Shown here: in pieces, positions 20,363 through 31,379 of the stretch
How positions within the stretch are numbered: position 1 is the stretch's first letter
Layout: every line of letters starts with the position of its first letter
Assembly: GCA_963748825.1 (NCBI GenBank)
Contig: CAVVKN010000006.1
Span: forward strand, 64,001 to 128,000
Origin: Methanotrichaceae archaeon
GTDB taxonomy: Archaea > Halobacteriota > Methanosarcinia > Methanotrichales > Methanotrichaceae
Direction of reading: 5' to 3'
Length of the DNA: 64,000 bases
Notes under the pieces: generated by a model
What the model was told of the DNA's origin: nothing
Seen by the model: the letters and a program-made list of their open reading frames with translations, nothing else
Database searches by the model: none
Made by a program: the position numbers and the translations under genes

Positions 20363-20833
20363 GTGGCCCTTGTTCTTCCGGCGTGGCTGATAACTCTGAT
20401 GGCGGCGGCTCTTCCCGTCTCCGAGGTTCGAGGCGCTATACCGCTGGCCATAGGTGTTTACGGATACACGCCCTGGCAGGCCTATCTCCTATCCGTCTTT
20501 GGAAACCTCCTGCCTATAATCCCCCTGCTCCTCTTTCTGGGGCCCGTCTCAGATTACCTGAGGCGTTTTAGCTGGGGTGACAGATTTTTTTCCTGGCTTT
20601 TTGCCCGCACCCGCAAAAAGTACATTCAAGAGCATGAGAACTTCGGGCTGACGGCCCTGGTCCTCTTCGTGGCCATACCGTTGCCCATGACCGGGGCCTG
20701 GACAGGCTGTGCCATTGCCTTCTTGCTTGGATTTCGCTTCTGGCCGGCGTTCGCGGCCATCGTGGCAGGCGTTCTCCTCGCTGGAGTCATAGTCACGGCC
20801 ACAGTGGTAGGCGTGCAGTGGCTGGCATTATGA
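20363..20833 (+). CDS. Small multidrug export family membrane protein (COG2426)
   Basis: LPVSEVRGAIP, LFVAIPLPMTGAWTG. Confidence 0.88.
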   Translation: MALVLPAWLITLMAAALPVSEVRGAIPLAIGVYGYTPWQAYLLSVFGNLLPIIPLLLFLGPVSDYLRRFSWGDRFFSWLFARTRKKYIQEHENFGLTALVLFVAIPLPMTGAWTGCAIAFLLGFRFWPAFAAIVAGVLLAGVIVTATVVGVQWLAL

Positions 20834-21293
20834 GGAGGCTCTCGGTCACCTGTACCGGGGGGGCAGCTCAAAGTACTTTTTGCAGGAGTACTGCCCAAAG
20901 GCATGTGTTTCGAGTTGCTTTGAGAATCAGAGATGGACAAGCGAACAACTATCCATATCTGTATCGCTCCTGTAATCACTCATCATCTCCAAGACGATCC
21001 GCCTAATTTCGTTTGATGGATGAGAATATTTTTGGCGATCGATACCGCAAATCAGAAATTGCTTGGAATTGAATGCGTTTAGCTTAAGTGAAAACTAATC
21101 GGAATTTGCCCGGGTTCTTTGAATAGTCTAAAAAATATAATATTTTATTATAAAATATATTCTGAAAACGTATCCTGCATTAAGCATAACTTAGCTTGTA
21201 TCTACTACCAAAAAATATAAATAATATCAAAGGTTACATTAGTTTAAATTAAAGAATGTATGGGGTGAGATTATCAAAAAAAATGGCGCTATA

Positions 21294-21710
21294 TTGGTGT
21301 TGGCCATAGCTATGCTATATGTTCCTGCGATGTCTCAGGATTATGGATTAGCAGGCAATGGTGGAGTAGATATACTTGGAACTGGTATTTTTGAGACAGA
21401 TGGAGCTGCCTTCAGGTTCCCATCAATGCAGGATACCAACATCGACAGTCTGGATGTAGGCAATGATAAGGCACTGGCCTTTGGGAATATTTGGCAAAAA
21501 ACTCCCATCGCCACCGCTACCAACAACCTAGAGATCAAGAAGAATCAGGATTCCGGGGAGTGCAACAGAATAATCGATAATGTTTCTCCCTGCCAAGACT
21601 GCTGTATCAAGGTCAATTTGGAGCAGATCAATGTAGGCAATAGGGAGGCCATAGCTTTCGGACCAGCTTCTGCCGCCAACTACATTAAGATAGTAACCAA
21701 TCAGCAGTAG
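21294..21710 (+). CDS. Secreted hypothetical protein; true start probably near 21265-21273
   Basis: Signal-peptide-like N-terminus; internal repeat VGNDKALAFG / VGNREAIAFG; Cys cluster. Confidence 0.7.
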   Translation: MVLAIAMLYVPAMSQDYGLAGNGGVDILGTGIFETDGAAFRFPSMQDTNIDSLDVGNDKALAFGNIWQKTPIATATNNLEIKKNQDSGECNRIIDNVSPCQDCCIKVNLEQINVGNREAIAFGPASAANYIKIVTNQQ

Positions 21711-22109
21711 CATTATGGATATTGATCTGATGTGGTTTAAAATTAATAGATACTGACGAAACCCACTAACAGAGTGTTAGTGGTGTCTCTATTAATTTTA
21801 TGATCTATAAAACGGCGGGTAGTGGTCAAATAAGAGGTTGGAGTTTTTTAAACTCGTTTGCGGAGCGTGATTCCATGAACGTCCCCCCTTGATCCTGCAG
21901 TAGATCAAATACCAACCCGTAGATTATTGACGACCAAGCGGTGATTCAATGCAAGTTTTAATAGTCTTCCTGAGATGGAGTCCCGGATAATAATTCAAGA
22001 ATTGATATTATTAAACCTTGCTCCTTATCCACTCAGAACAACGAGGGATCGATGTCATTTTGGACTCGATCCAGGAAATATATATAAAAGAATGATTTCC
22101 TCATCTAAC

Positions 22110-22391
22110 TCATGAATTAATTACCTCTGTAATCGGGCTAACCAATGGATTCCATTGATTGTGGTAATAAAAGGAAGATCCAGTTTGCAAAGATATTAGA
22201 AATTTCAATTCGCCGGAAAGGCCATTAAGAATATCACATCCAACCGCTTGATTTCTTACAAGCACCAATTGCTCATTGCACTCGGTACAGCGACCATCTC
22301 TCGAAGTAGAGTGATCACTGCCACAATGCGGGCAACAGAACCATTTCAGCCATGACTGTGACGCTAGAGTTAGAACGAATTCCGCATCCAT
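22110..22391 (-). CDS. Small zinc-ribbon protein
   Basis: GGAGGT SD before ATG; CPHCG...CTEC. Confidence 0.55.
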   Translation of the reverse strand: MDAEFVLTLASQSWLKWFCCPHCGSDHSTSRDGRCTECNEQLVLVRNQAVGCDILNGLSGELKFLISLQTGSSFYYHNQWNPLVSPITEVINS

Positions 22392-22707
22392 TTAGTACCT
22401 CCAAATGTTCCGTGAGATAGATCCGTAACTGTGAGGACCTACTTTTTACTACTTATACTTTCTAGTGCACTATATTAAGATTGTTTTCTCATGTAATTAA
22501 TTACTAATCTCAAGTATGCTTGCTGGTTGAGGGATTTATGCCAGGATGATTTCGCTATTTTCTTTCTGCATCTAATTTTCTTGTTATCTGTGCTAATCCG
22601 GCAGATCCTCAATAATATTCAAAGAAGGGCGTTCTCTTCTCCTAAATGCCAGAGCAACAATACGGATCTTATCAAATTTGAAAGTTAGAACAAAGATCAG
22701 GATCATG

Positions 22708-22779
22708 TGCGGCTGCCGGGATTCGAACCCGGGTTACAGGCTTGGGAAGCCTATGTCATAACCACTGGACCACAGCCGC
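22708..22779 (-). tRNA. tRNA-Gly (anticodon CCC)
   Basis: GCGGCTG/CAGCCGC acceptor stem, anticodon loop TTCCCAA, T-loop GGTTCGAATCC; no encoded CCA. Confidence 0.95.
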
Positions 22780-23127
22780 TCTATGTACTTGATTTCCACT
22801 TCGAATATTTAAAGGTTATAGGATCGATCGCCGTCCCTGGCGGGAAGAATCTCAAGATCAAAATCGAGCCAATTCCCCTTTTTGCCGCTCCCTCCGCCCA
22901 TGCGCGCGAGCCCGCCGGAGAGCAGCGTCTGCGGGAGGGGCGCCGGGCTTTTGGTAACCCCCCAGACTCTATTCTGCTCTTCGCTGTATGTGGGGCAATG
23001 GCAGACTTTAGGGGCTATTTCAGGAGATTTCAAAGCCTTCTAGTATCCAATTTTAAACCATGTGCTTGCCAGTTTTCACCCCAAAGATCGCAATGAGCAC
23101 AAAGGACCGACAAAGAATGGCGAGCTT

Positions 23128-23481
23128 TCATCTTCTCTTCAGCACTATCCGATCTCCTGCGGCCACGCTCTTAAATATCTCCAGCCCCTCTGTGACCTTC
23201 CCGATATGGTTCACAGACGAATAAGGCTGGGTCTTGCCAAAGAAGATGCAGAAGGCCGGGCCTGGCGACCAATAACAAATGTCGCCCGCGGCTGCAGAGG
23301 GCGATGGATTCTCATTGTCCATCTGCAAAGGCACATCGAAGTAGACCTCTTCGCCCCAGAGGTTGGCTATGCCCTCCAAGGGCAGCGCCTTAAAGAATGC
23401 CTCTCTTATCTTGGGATTCCTTTCGTCCAGCTTTGCCAGTGCCTTTCCCTTTCCCGTAATCTCGATCTCTATGGTTCTCAT
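23128..23481 (-). CDS. Cyclophilin-like fold protein (DUF369/TM1367 type)
   Basis: LWGEEVYF, GDICYWSPGPAFCIFFGKTQP, VNHIGKV; GGAGG SD. Confidence 0.85.
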   Translation of the reverse strand: MRTIEIEITGKGKALAKLDERNPKIREAFFKALPLEGIANLWGEEVYFDVPLQMDNENPSPSAAAGDICYWSPGPAFCIFFGKTQPYSSVNHIGKVTEGLEIFKSVAAGDRIVLKRR

Positions 23482-23825
23482 GAATTTCAGCCTCCTTGAT
23501 CGACATTTGCTCTTTATCCGGGGAATGGCGGGCATGAGGGATAATTTTTTGGGTTCTGCACAAAACCGCCAGAGGTCAATTATTCCTGGCAAGCCTCTCT
23601 CAGAAGCTGGCCGGTTACTTTCGCCCCGCGCGGCAAATCTACTCATAGCCGCTGGTACTACTATGATTTAGACCGCCCAGCCTAACTCTTTTGACTACTC
23701 CCGGTGGGCGGATCCATCCCCTCAAGGATCGAAGATCTATCTATATGCGACTATTTTATAAAGGTGCGGTGCTCTATTAGAATATAATGGGGCAATTTTT
23801 CAGCTCCGGTAGGTGAGGCTAGAGA

Positions 23826-24497
23826 ATGGCGAAGCTGGAGGAAAAGGGAATTCTGGGAATCAAGGGAATTATATTCGACCTTTATAACACCTTGATTGAC
23901 ATCCATACCGATGAGGAGAGCATCAATACCTATGAGGCTGTCAGCAAGTGGCTGATCTATCAGGGTGTTAAGATCCCGGCAGAGGATCTGAAGAATGATT
24001 ACAGGCGGATGGCTAAAGAGGGGATGGAAGCCAAGTGGGAGAAGCATCCTGAGATCCGGGTGGAGGATATCTTCGGCAGGATCTGCAAGAGCCATGCCCT
24101 CAGGGATATAGACGAGGTGCGGCTGGGAGTAGAGACGGCTCGCGCTTTTCGGGCCGGATCACTACGCCGGTTGAAGCTCTTTCCTCAAAGCCTCCAATTA
24201 TTGCAGAGGCTGAAAAGCTACCCAAAGGTCATTGTCTCCAACGGCCAGAGATCGTTCTCGGAGCAGGAGATGAGATATTTCGGCCTTTACGAGCAGTTCA
24301 CTCATGTGATTTTCTCCTCAGACTTCGGCCATAAAAAGCCCGACCCCAGGATCTTCCTGGAGGCGGCCAAGCTGATGGGCAATGAGCCGGAGGAGGTCAT
24401 GTGCATCGGCGACAGCTTCGAGAATGACATAGCTGCGTCCTCTCGGTTGGGCATGAGGGCTATGCATATCGAAGAGGCCTGGAGACTGTTAGGCTGA
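23826..24497 (+). CDS. HAD-superfamily hydrolase
   Basis: FDLYNTL, VSNGQ, KKPDPRIF, IGDSFENDI. Confidence 0.9.
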   Translation: MAKLEEKGILGIKGIIFDLYNTLIDIHTDEESINTYEAVSKWLIYQGVKIPAEDLKNDYRRMAKEGMEAKWEKHPEIRVEDIFGRICKSHALRDIDEVRLGVETARAFRAGSLRRLKLFPQSLQLLQRLKSYPKVIVSNGQRSFSEQEMRYFGLYEQFTHVIFSSDFGHKKPDPRIFLEAAKLMGNEPEEVMCIGDSFENDIAASSRLGMRAMHIEEAWRLLG

Positions 24498-24514
24498 AAT
24501 GAGATTGGAGACAA

Positions 24515-25465
24515 ATGGCAAGAGAAAAGTATGTAGACACATTGGGTCCTGGAAACGCCTTTCGGGAATGGCTGGTGCAGGTGCTGGGCGAAAGGATAGA
24601 CGACCGGAGCGGCAAAGTCAATGTCTACAGGGTCATGCCCGCTTCGCATACCGTCTGTCGCTATGAATTTAAGGCTTCAGGATTAAGTGTTGTGGCCAAG
24701 TTCTACAGTGAGCATTTGAGCGGTACAAGGAAGTACGATCCAGTCCAGGCCATGGAAAATGAGTTTTATACTCTCAAGAAAATCGAGCCGCTGGTAGATA
24801 TTCCCAGGCCCCTGGCCATGCATAGGGATTTCCACTGTGCCTTGCTTACGGAATATATTCAGGGCCGATCCTTCTACAAATACTTGAAGAGGGATGACGG
24901 ACTGTACGATCGGCTCACGGCTATCGCATCACTTCAAAGAAGGCTGCATGATCAAACAGGATGCGAATACAGGAAAGAAAAGGCATTCGCAAGGTTTCAT
25001 AAAAACTTAGATCAGCTTCGTCTGGACAATACAACCAGAACCAAATATAACTGTCTTCTGGGGGAATGGTGGCATAGCCCGTTTCTGGACAGGTCCCATG
25101 GCTGCCGGGTGCATGGTGACGCAAATCCCATGAATTACCTGTTCAGCCAGAACAAGGTCTATATGCTGGACTTGGAAAGCTCAAGGGAGTACGCCAATCC
25201 CGTGCATGACCTGGGCATTGTTGCCGCCGAGCTCAAGTTTTATTTTGCCGTTCACCGGGGAGATGGGAGGATGGCGGAGCCTTACATCGGCCATTATCTC
25301 TGGCGATACAGCCGCAATGAACCGGAGTTCTATGCCATCACCCGCGCCCTCCCCTTCTTCATGAGCCAGGGGCTGCTGAGGATGGCAAGGCTAAGGCTGG
25401 GATCAGATGAAAGGGCCTTTGTATTTCGTGAGGCAGAAGCGTGCTTAGAGAGCATTCGAGGCTAA
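24515..25465 (+). CDS. Aminoglycoside phosphotransferase/kinase-like protein
   Basis: VVAKFY, HGDANPMN, MLDLE, HDLG motifs. Confidence 0.8.
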   Translation: MAREKYVDTLGPGNAFREWLVQVLGERIDDRSGKVNVYRVMPASHTVCRYEFKASGLSVVAKFYSEHLSGTRKYDPVQAMENEFYTLKKIEPLVDIPRPLAMHRDFHCALLTEYIQGRSFYKYLKRDDGLYDRLTAIASLQRRLHDQTGCEYRKEKAFARFHKNLDQLRLDNTTRTKYNCLLGEWWHSPFLDRSHGCRVHGDANPMNYLFSQNKVYMLDLESSREYANPVHDLGIVAAELKFYFAVHRGDGRMAEPYIGHYLWRYSRNEPEFYAITRALPFFMSQGLLRMARLRLGSDERAFVFREAEACLESIRG

Positions 25466-25474
25466 GGACACATT

Positions 25475-26074
25475 CTATCTTCTTCTCAGCCTGATATGCA
25501 ACCGGTCGGAGTAGTTGACGCCGAGATGCATAGACAGATCCCAGGCCTCCCGAGCTCCCTGCATATCCTGGTCTGTGCCGTAGGCCATAATCCAAACCCT
25601 GTCCTTTGCCAGAGCAGGGACAAGATCCTCCAAGAGTCCAGAGGTCCAGCACCAGGGAGCTTTGCCCAATACAAATTTGAGGTGGACGTTCTCTTTGCCG
25701 ACCCAAAAGTCGAGATGGAAATTCGATCCTAGCTTGGGGCTGACTACCGCGTAGTGAATTTTTTCCAGGATCTCTTCAGGAATGGGGTTGGTGCCATTAG
25801 TCTCGATGTGAATCTCCTTTCCACGAGTATGCAGCAGAGATATCAATTCCGATAGCTCCTTCATCTGCAGAGTGGGCTCTCCTCCTGTGATGACCACTCT
25901 TCCACCTTGAATGCTCTCCAGCACATCGGCAATGGATAATTCCCGGCATGGCCTATCGTCTGTGTCGCATCCCTGGCAACGAAGGTTGCAGCCGGCCAGC
26001 CGAACGAAGGTGGCCGGCCTTCCCATGGCCGGGCCCTCGCCTTGCATGGAGTAAAATATCTCTATCAGGCGCAT
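25475..26074 (-). CDS. queE: 7-carboxy-7-deazaguanine synthase (radical SAM)
   Basis: EIFYSMQGEG, CNLRCQGCDT, ITGGEP, IETNG, SPK, RLH. Confidence 0.85.
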   Translation of the reverse strand: MRLIEIFYSMQGEGPAMGRPATFVRLAGCNLRCQGCDTDDRPCRELSIADVLESIQGGRVVITGGEPTLQMKELSELISLLHTRGKEIHIETNGTNPIPEEILEKIHYAVVSPKLGSNFHLDFWVGKENVHLKFVLGKAPWCWTSGLLEDLVPALAKDRVWIMAYGTDQDMQGAREAWDLSMHLGVNYSDRLHIRLRRR

Positions 26075-26274
26075 TTGGCTTCCTTCTCTTTCCAACTGAG
26101 ATAAATGCTCTCTTATCTGCTTTGTATCTTAGTAAATTTATGGATAATTTTTTAAAAAATTGTTAAAATAATAATTTATTTACTTTTGGTGTCTGGGCCA
26201 AAAAATATATAAATCATAAATAGTAACTATTTAACATTATACTTGAAAAGCCTGCGTAAAGTCGGTTGGGTCGG

Positions 26275-26673
26275 ATGAGTATGATACGCATTGGAATTGA
26301 AGTCAGCAGAAGAAATCTGCGCTGTGACCTCCTTGAGCACCCGGAAAGGTACTTTTTCATCCTGCAGGGAGGCAGCCGGGCCTCTCTATGCATTCGAACC
26401 TGTGACTCTCGGGGTGAGAATATTCAGGCTCACATCATCGACGGCTTTTCTTTAAACGAGGATGGAAAACTCAATTCGGTCTTCGAAGACGCCATCAATG
26501 ATGCTATTTTGGAGCGGCACGACAGGATAAGCCATTCAAGTGAGGGAGAAGAATATCTCCTGTCCTATCATCTGGTGCATATGATTTCCAGGATGCCTGA
26601 TCTGGTGGATTGGATCGTCTCATCAATTCTCTCGAATGAAAAAAATCTGGTCATTCATTCTGCGGATTTTTAA
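26275..26673 (+). CDS. Hypothetical protein
   Basis: Open frame downstream of AT-rich promoter region; no family recognised. Confidence 0.55.
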   Translation: MSMIRIGIEVSRRNLRCDLLEHPERYFFILQGGSRASLCIRTCDSRGENIQAHIIDGFSLNEDGKLNSVFEDAINDAILERHDRISHSSEGEEYLLSYHLVHMISRMPDLVDWIVSSILSNEKNLVIHSADF

Positions 26674-26826
26674 CTTTAAAAAATTAAAAATATATCTATC
26701 GAAGTTTTAGGGTCTATGTAAGTTGCCGGGGCACATCTGATGTAAGTCGAAAGTGCTCGGATAAAAATCTCCTTGTAGTAGTAATGGCAAATAGTGTGCG
26801 ATGAGCAAAAGAAGGTGGTCCCGAAA

Positions 26827-27231
26827 ATGTTCATAAAAGATTTGGCAAAATGCAGATACTTTCAGGCGGCGGATAATACATGTATTTGCGAGCTTCTTCA
26901 TCCTGGCCGGGATGGGCTGGACCTTCCTTTCAGCATCGCCCACGCCATATTGCAGCCCGGCGCTGCATCTCTCTCTCATAAGCTGAAAACCTCCTCTGAG
27001 GTGTACTTCATCCTGGAAGGTGAGGGTGAGATGCACATCGATTCCGAGAAGGCAGCGGTTAGAGCTGGCCAGGCTATCTTAATTCCGCCCGGCTCCTGGC
27101 AGCATATCCGAAATACGGGAAGCTTTTCCCTAAAATTTATTTGCATAGTCAACCCCTTTTGGCGTGCAGATGATGAAGAGGTTGAAGAAGATAAAGGGAT
27201 TGATAAGGTTAAAAAGGCTGAAAATATTTGA
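26827..27231 (+). CDS. Cupin domain protein
   Basis: H.L..SSEVYFILEGEG, IPPGSWQHIRN. Confidence 0.88.
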   Translation: MFIKDLAKCRYFQAADNTCICELLHPGRDGLDLPFSIAHAILQPGAASLSHKLKTSSEVYFILEGEGEMHIDSEKAAVRAGQAILIPPGSWQHIRNTGSFSLKFICIVNPFWRADDEEVEEDKGIDKVKKAENI

Positions 27232-27309
27232 TTGAATTAGAGGACGTCAAAAAAAAATGGGGGGACGAAATGAGCTAAATCATAAGGATATTGGAAACAA
27301 CTTGCATCT

Positions 27310-27561
27310 TCATAATTCGGAAAGCTGGCTATCAATGTGCTTGAAGTCATCCAGCAGATTTATGCCTCTATCGGTTGTTTCGTATAATATGGTCTTACCT
27401 TGCTTGACCTCTATTAGATTGTTCTTTATCAGCAGATCTATATAAGGATCTACAGTTCTGAAGTTGAGGTTTGCCTGGTACACAATTCTCGTCTTGTTGG
27501 CGCCGTTCTGGCATATGTCCAGTATTCTCGAAATGATTACGTGCTTGCTTCTTTTCATCAT
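27310..27561 (-). CDS. Winged helix-turn-helix protein (archaeal HTH_45 type), paralog 1
   Basis: KRS...IIS.IL.IC..GANKTRIVYQANLNF...YETT.RG. Confidence 0.85.
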   Translation of the reverse strand: MMKRSKHVIISRILDICQNGANKTRIVYQANLNFRTVDPYIDLLIKNNLIEVKQGKTILYETTDRGINLLDDFKHIDSQLSEL

Positions 27562-28817
27562 CTCTTTCTCCATTATGATAGTATCTGCCTGGTCTAAAGA
27601 TATTCTTGATCTAAGCAATGCTAATTAGATCGTCTAAGCATTAAGGTTTAGCGAACCTCCTGTTAGTATCCATGGTAATAATCTACGATATTCTATTTTA
27701 TCAAAAGAAATGCATTATAAATAAACATATCAAATTTATAATGGATCAATTGTAATTATATCCAACCATAGAGGTCGATTATTCCAAGCTTATAACAATC
27801 TTTTTTATTAATTTTGAATCTGTATATTATATTAGTTATCTTGCATAGCTATTAATAAGTTGCAGATGAATTTCTCCGATTAAATCCTGTCACGCGATGA
27901 AAAATTACTATTGCGGATTTGGAAAAGATATTGTTCACCCATTGTGGCGCAAAGAAGAATGAAACTTGGGAATGACATTGAAATGACGGGCAATAATTCC
28001 AGGCCAGTGATTCCTGATCCGGGTCTTGGGGATCCAGACGTTCGAAAGGATATGCAAAATAGCGATGAAAATTTGAGAAGAGAGGCGCCCCGTGTCAGGA
28101 ATGAGCGAGATAGCCTGGGTCTGGTGGGACTTGTGGGCGGCCTTCAGTTTCAGGAGGCTTTTTGGAAGCCGAATCTGCAAAAGCTGCCGCCGGGGAGCTA
28201 ATCAGATATAGCGGCCTTCAGTTCAGGAGGCAGAAGAAAAAAGGGAGGCTTTTTGGATACAACGCATAAAACCTGTGTTCTCAAAGTCCCAGGCTCGGCC
28301 AAGTTTCGCTCGGCAGACTTCCTCATCCGCTCCAGGCTAAAGGGCAGCAATCCCTTTCAGGAAGTCAATGTCGCCCCGTGCTCCCGTGATTTGCCCAAGA
28401 CTCGTCTGGAGGCCTTCGTCTTTGAGACCTCTGATATTGAGTGTTATGTATCCTGCAAAGCCAGGCAAATATAAAATTCCAGAGCGACATACTTGATTTT
28501 GAAAACTACTATTTTATCCAGACAATGCCTTCCAAGTTTACCGGAAACTCGCTGCGATTCATCAATGGAAGGGCGAGAGGGGCGTCTATTCTTCTCTGAA
28601 TTTGAAAAGCCAAAACCTAGACAGGAATATAAAAAAGCCCTTCTCATCCGCCAGCTCTTCTCATCACACGAATATCCGTTGGCTGGACCACGCTGCCACC
28701 CGGGCGGCCATGCGCCCGCCTGCCCGCGCGCGCAGGAGCCAGGCACATCGGAAATACTTGCTATCCAGAAGGTGGAACAATGAAGGCTGAATCTGGCAAT
28801 TTTGACCTTATCTCGAA

Positions 28818-28973
28818 CTAGATTTCGATCTTTACGTTGTGCCTCTCAAAGAACTCTTTTAGGGCTTCTTCTACAACTTCGCTTTGGGCACGCAGGCTGC
28901 TCTTTGTTTTTGCCGTATAGATCTTTAGAGTTTTGGCAATAGGCTCGGATAAGGTCAATGTAGTTTTGGGCAT
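28818..28973 (-). CDS. Ribbon-helix-helix (CopG-like) protein, 51 aa, not in ORF track
   Basis: MPKTTLTLSEPIAKTLKIYTA...QSEVVEEALKEFFERH: alternating beta strand plus two helices; AGGA SD. Confidence 0.7.
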   Translation of the reverse strand: MPKTTLTLSEPIAKTLKIYTAKTKSSLRAQSEVVEEALKEFFERHNVKIEI

Positions 28974-29100
28974 TAATCCTTACTGAACAGGATATTATAT
29001 ATATAGATTATGACACATATCTATTTATGTGCCAAAAGCTTTATATTTAAAAATATTGTATTAAGCCAATCTCAGAATAAGTTTAAATGGAGAATTAAAA

Positions 29101-29268
29101 ATGCAAAATAAAAAAGATAAGAGAACAAAGGGTGTTGCAGTGAAAGCAACGTCTGGTGTAGGGAAGACAGTGACGTCTGGAAGCTCAGATACAAAGAAAG
29201 GGGCAGTGGATTCGGGGAAGAAAGTGACACCTGGAAAAGGTGACGCAAGAAAAGGGTGGAAAAAGTAG
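29101..29268 (+). CDS. Small Lys/Gly-rich peptide (55 aa), not in ORF track
   Basis: GGAG SD; MQNKKDKRTKGVAVKATSGVGK...GKKVTPGKGDARKGWKK; downstream hairpin TAGCGGTCT...AGACCGCTA. Confidence 0.55.
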   Translation: MQNKKDKRTKGVAVKATSGVGKTVTSGSSDTKKGAVDSGKKVTPGKGDARKGWKK

Positions 29269-29502
29269 GGAATAACTGCATTCATGCAATAGCGGTCTGA
29301 TGGGTGAGTTACAAAAGACCGCTAACAATTGACTCGATGAGGCTTCTTGCGGTAGTTTCTTGCCAGCTATCGATTCTTGAGATTTCTTTCAATGGTCATA
29401 ATGTTTATCTAGAATTGAACAGTTAATGTTAATTAAATCGCATGGATGAACGCCGCAGATTTTATATTATCTTCGCAGCTGGCTTCGTTGACCCTGGCTA
29501 AG

Positions 29503-29897
29503 CCTGGGTCGGCCGGCTCGGTCATCTTCTGCAGGTGAGGGTCCAGCGCCGGCGCGTAGAGCGGGATGGTCGCCTGTCTGGAGGTCTGCTTCAGATCCTG
29601 GGCCACGTACGCATCATCTCCTCGGCATCCTCGTGGAACAGGGTCATGCCCCACGACCAGGAAGCTGTGGTGGTTCTCCTCCTAGATAGTCATGAGCTGG
29701 AAGAGGGTGTTGGCGCGGCGCACTTCCAGCTCCGTGAAGTTGCGGTTCAGCTGGCTGAGGATGCAGGAGTAGTTGCCACAGATGAAGAGGATCTTGTAGT
29801 GCTGCAGTTCCAGGTGGCTGCACCGGGCTTTGGCCAGCAGCTCCAAGGGGGGATGAGGAGGCTGTTGGTCTCGGGGAGCAGGGAGATGGTAGGGTAG
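29503..29897 (-). pseudogene. Decayed copy (B) of the RadA-like first gene of the PolB2 cassette
   Basis: Translates to PTISLLPE...LELQHYKILFICGNYS.ILS.LNRNF.ELEVRRA.TLFQLMTI*EE.HH, homologous to 42490-43002; frameshifts and TAG. Confidence 0.85.
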
Positions 29898-30080
29898 AAA
29901 AAGCAGGTGGCCCCAAGAAATTATTTGAGTGGTCTGGAAGTGGGGCGTCAAACATTTCCGCCATTGAATTCATGAATTGATCCCCTAACGAACATGTTCG
30001 TCGCCTCAACCTAATAATGGCTAATCAAATATGCTGCCAAAGAGTTCAGCGTCTTGTCCGATGGTAGGAAGGTTATAAGA

Positions 30081-31379
30081 ATGACATTGGAAAAAAGCAA
30101 AGTGAAGAAAGTCCTGAGCTACCGATGGGCGGTGTTCGGGATCCTGGCCTTCGCTTACTTCTTTGTATACTTCCACAGGGTGTCCTCGGCAGTCGTGTCT
30201 ACCGACCTGCAGATCACCTTCGGAGTGAGCACGGCCGCCTCCATCGCACTTTTGAGCTCTGTGTATTTCTACGCCTACACTATCATGCAGTTGCCGTCTG
30301 GATTATTGACAGACAACTGGGGGCCACGCAAAACGGTCAGCTTCTTCACGCTTGTAGCCGCGGCCGGCGCGATCCTAACCGGGATCGCATCTACGTTCGA
30401 GACGGTCATCGCAGGACGATTGTTGATCGGCATAGGCGTGGCCATGGTTTACATCCCCACCATGAAGATCTTGGCCGCCTGGTATCGCAAGAATGAGTTC
30501 GCTTCTCTTTCTGGTATCCTGCTAGCGGTGGGCAACATCGGAGCCCTGAGCGCCGCTGGCCCTTTGGCCTTGATGTCCGACGCCCTAGGCTGGCAGCAGG
30601 TCTTCATCATACTGGGCGTGATCACGCTCGTCCTGGCGGCTTTAGCCTGGATGATCACTCGGGACCGTCCCTCCGACATGAACCTTCCCAGTATCCAGGA
30701 GATCGAGGCCATGGAGTTGGGCGAGTTGGCCCCTGAGGTCAAGACTATGGAGAAGATCCCCATGGGCAGGGCTCTCAAGATGACTTTCGGGGCAGGAATG
30801 AAGTTCTGGCCCCTAGCCATATGGTTTTTCTTCATGTACGGCAGCATCATGGTCTATCAAGGACTGTGGGCGGGACCGTTTTTCCATGACATCCTGGGAT
30901 GGGACAGGCCCACCTACGGGCTGGTGCTAACCTTCATCGGGATAGGCATGATCTTCGGCTGCCCTACTGCCGGGTACATCTCTGATAAGATCCTAAAGTC
31001 CCGCAAGAAGGTGCTCATAATAGGGACCGTGGTGTATACGATCATCTGGGCGATAATATGGATAACCGCCGGGCATATCACCAGTACTGAGACCTATATG
31101 GCGATAAACTTCGCCTTCGGCTTCTTCGGCGGGTTCTTCGTGGTAAGCTTCGCTCAGATCAAAGAGCTGTTTCCAATAAGCATCGTGGGGACGAGCACCG
31201 CGGCTCTCAACATATTCCCCTTCGCCGGCGGGGCCATTCTGCAGCAGGTCTCCGGCCTGATGCTGGCCACCAGGTCCCTGGAATCCTACCAGGGCTTATG
31301 GCTGTTCATGCTGATATGCATGATTATCGCTACGGTGGCGGCCTTCCTATCCAAAGAGAAGGAACCAGGCAAAAGCTAG
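30081..31379 (+). CDS. MFS transporter
   Basis: About 12 TM segments; QLPSGLLTDNWGPRK, GRLLIGIG motifs. Confidence 0.92.
   Translation: MTLEKSKVKKVLSYRWAVFGILAFAYFFVYFHRVSSAVVSTDLQITFGVSTAASIALLSSVYFYAYTIMQLPSGLLTDNWGPRKTVSFFTLVAAAGAILTGIASTFETVIAGRLLIGIGVAMVYIPTMKILAAWYRKNEFASLSGILLAVGNIGALSAAGPLALMSDALGWQQVFIILGVITLVLAALAWMITRDRPSDMNLPSIQEIEAMELGELAPEVKTMEKIPMGRALKMTFGAGMKFWPLAIWFFFMYGSIMVYQGLWAGPFFHDILGWDRPTYGLVLTFIGIGMIFGCPTAGYISDKILKSRKKVLIIGTVVYTIIWAIIWITAGHITSTETYMAINFAFGFFGGFFVVSFAQIKELFPISIVGTSTAALNIFPFAGGAILQQVSGLMLATRSLESYQGLWLFMLICMIIATVAAFLSKEKEPGKS

Noticed and set aside
22708-22779. tRNA-Gly as attachment site of the 27-53 kb island
   Set aside because: Island lies on the tRNA 5' side, separated by ordinary genes, and no duplicated tRNA 3' end was seen
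22707-23096. 129-aa ORF and adjacent GC-rich stretch as gene or ncRNA
   Set aside because: ORF starts on the tRNA antisense strand; GC-rich part matches no RNA family I recognise
27900-28790. Several short ORFs
   Set aside because: No recognisable motifs or consistent starts; probably decayed sequence
29680-29690. In-frame TAG in copies B and E as pyrrolysine read-through
   Set aside because: Both copies also carry frameshifts, the intact copy has Leu here, and Methanothrix is not known to use Pyl; shared stop is better explained by duplication after decay
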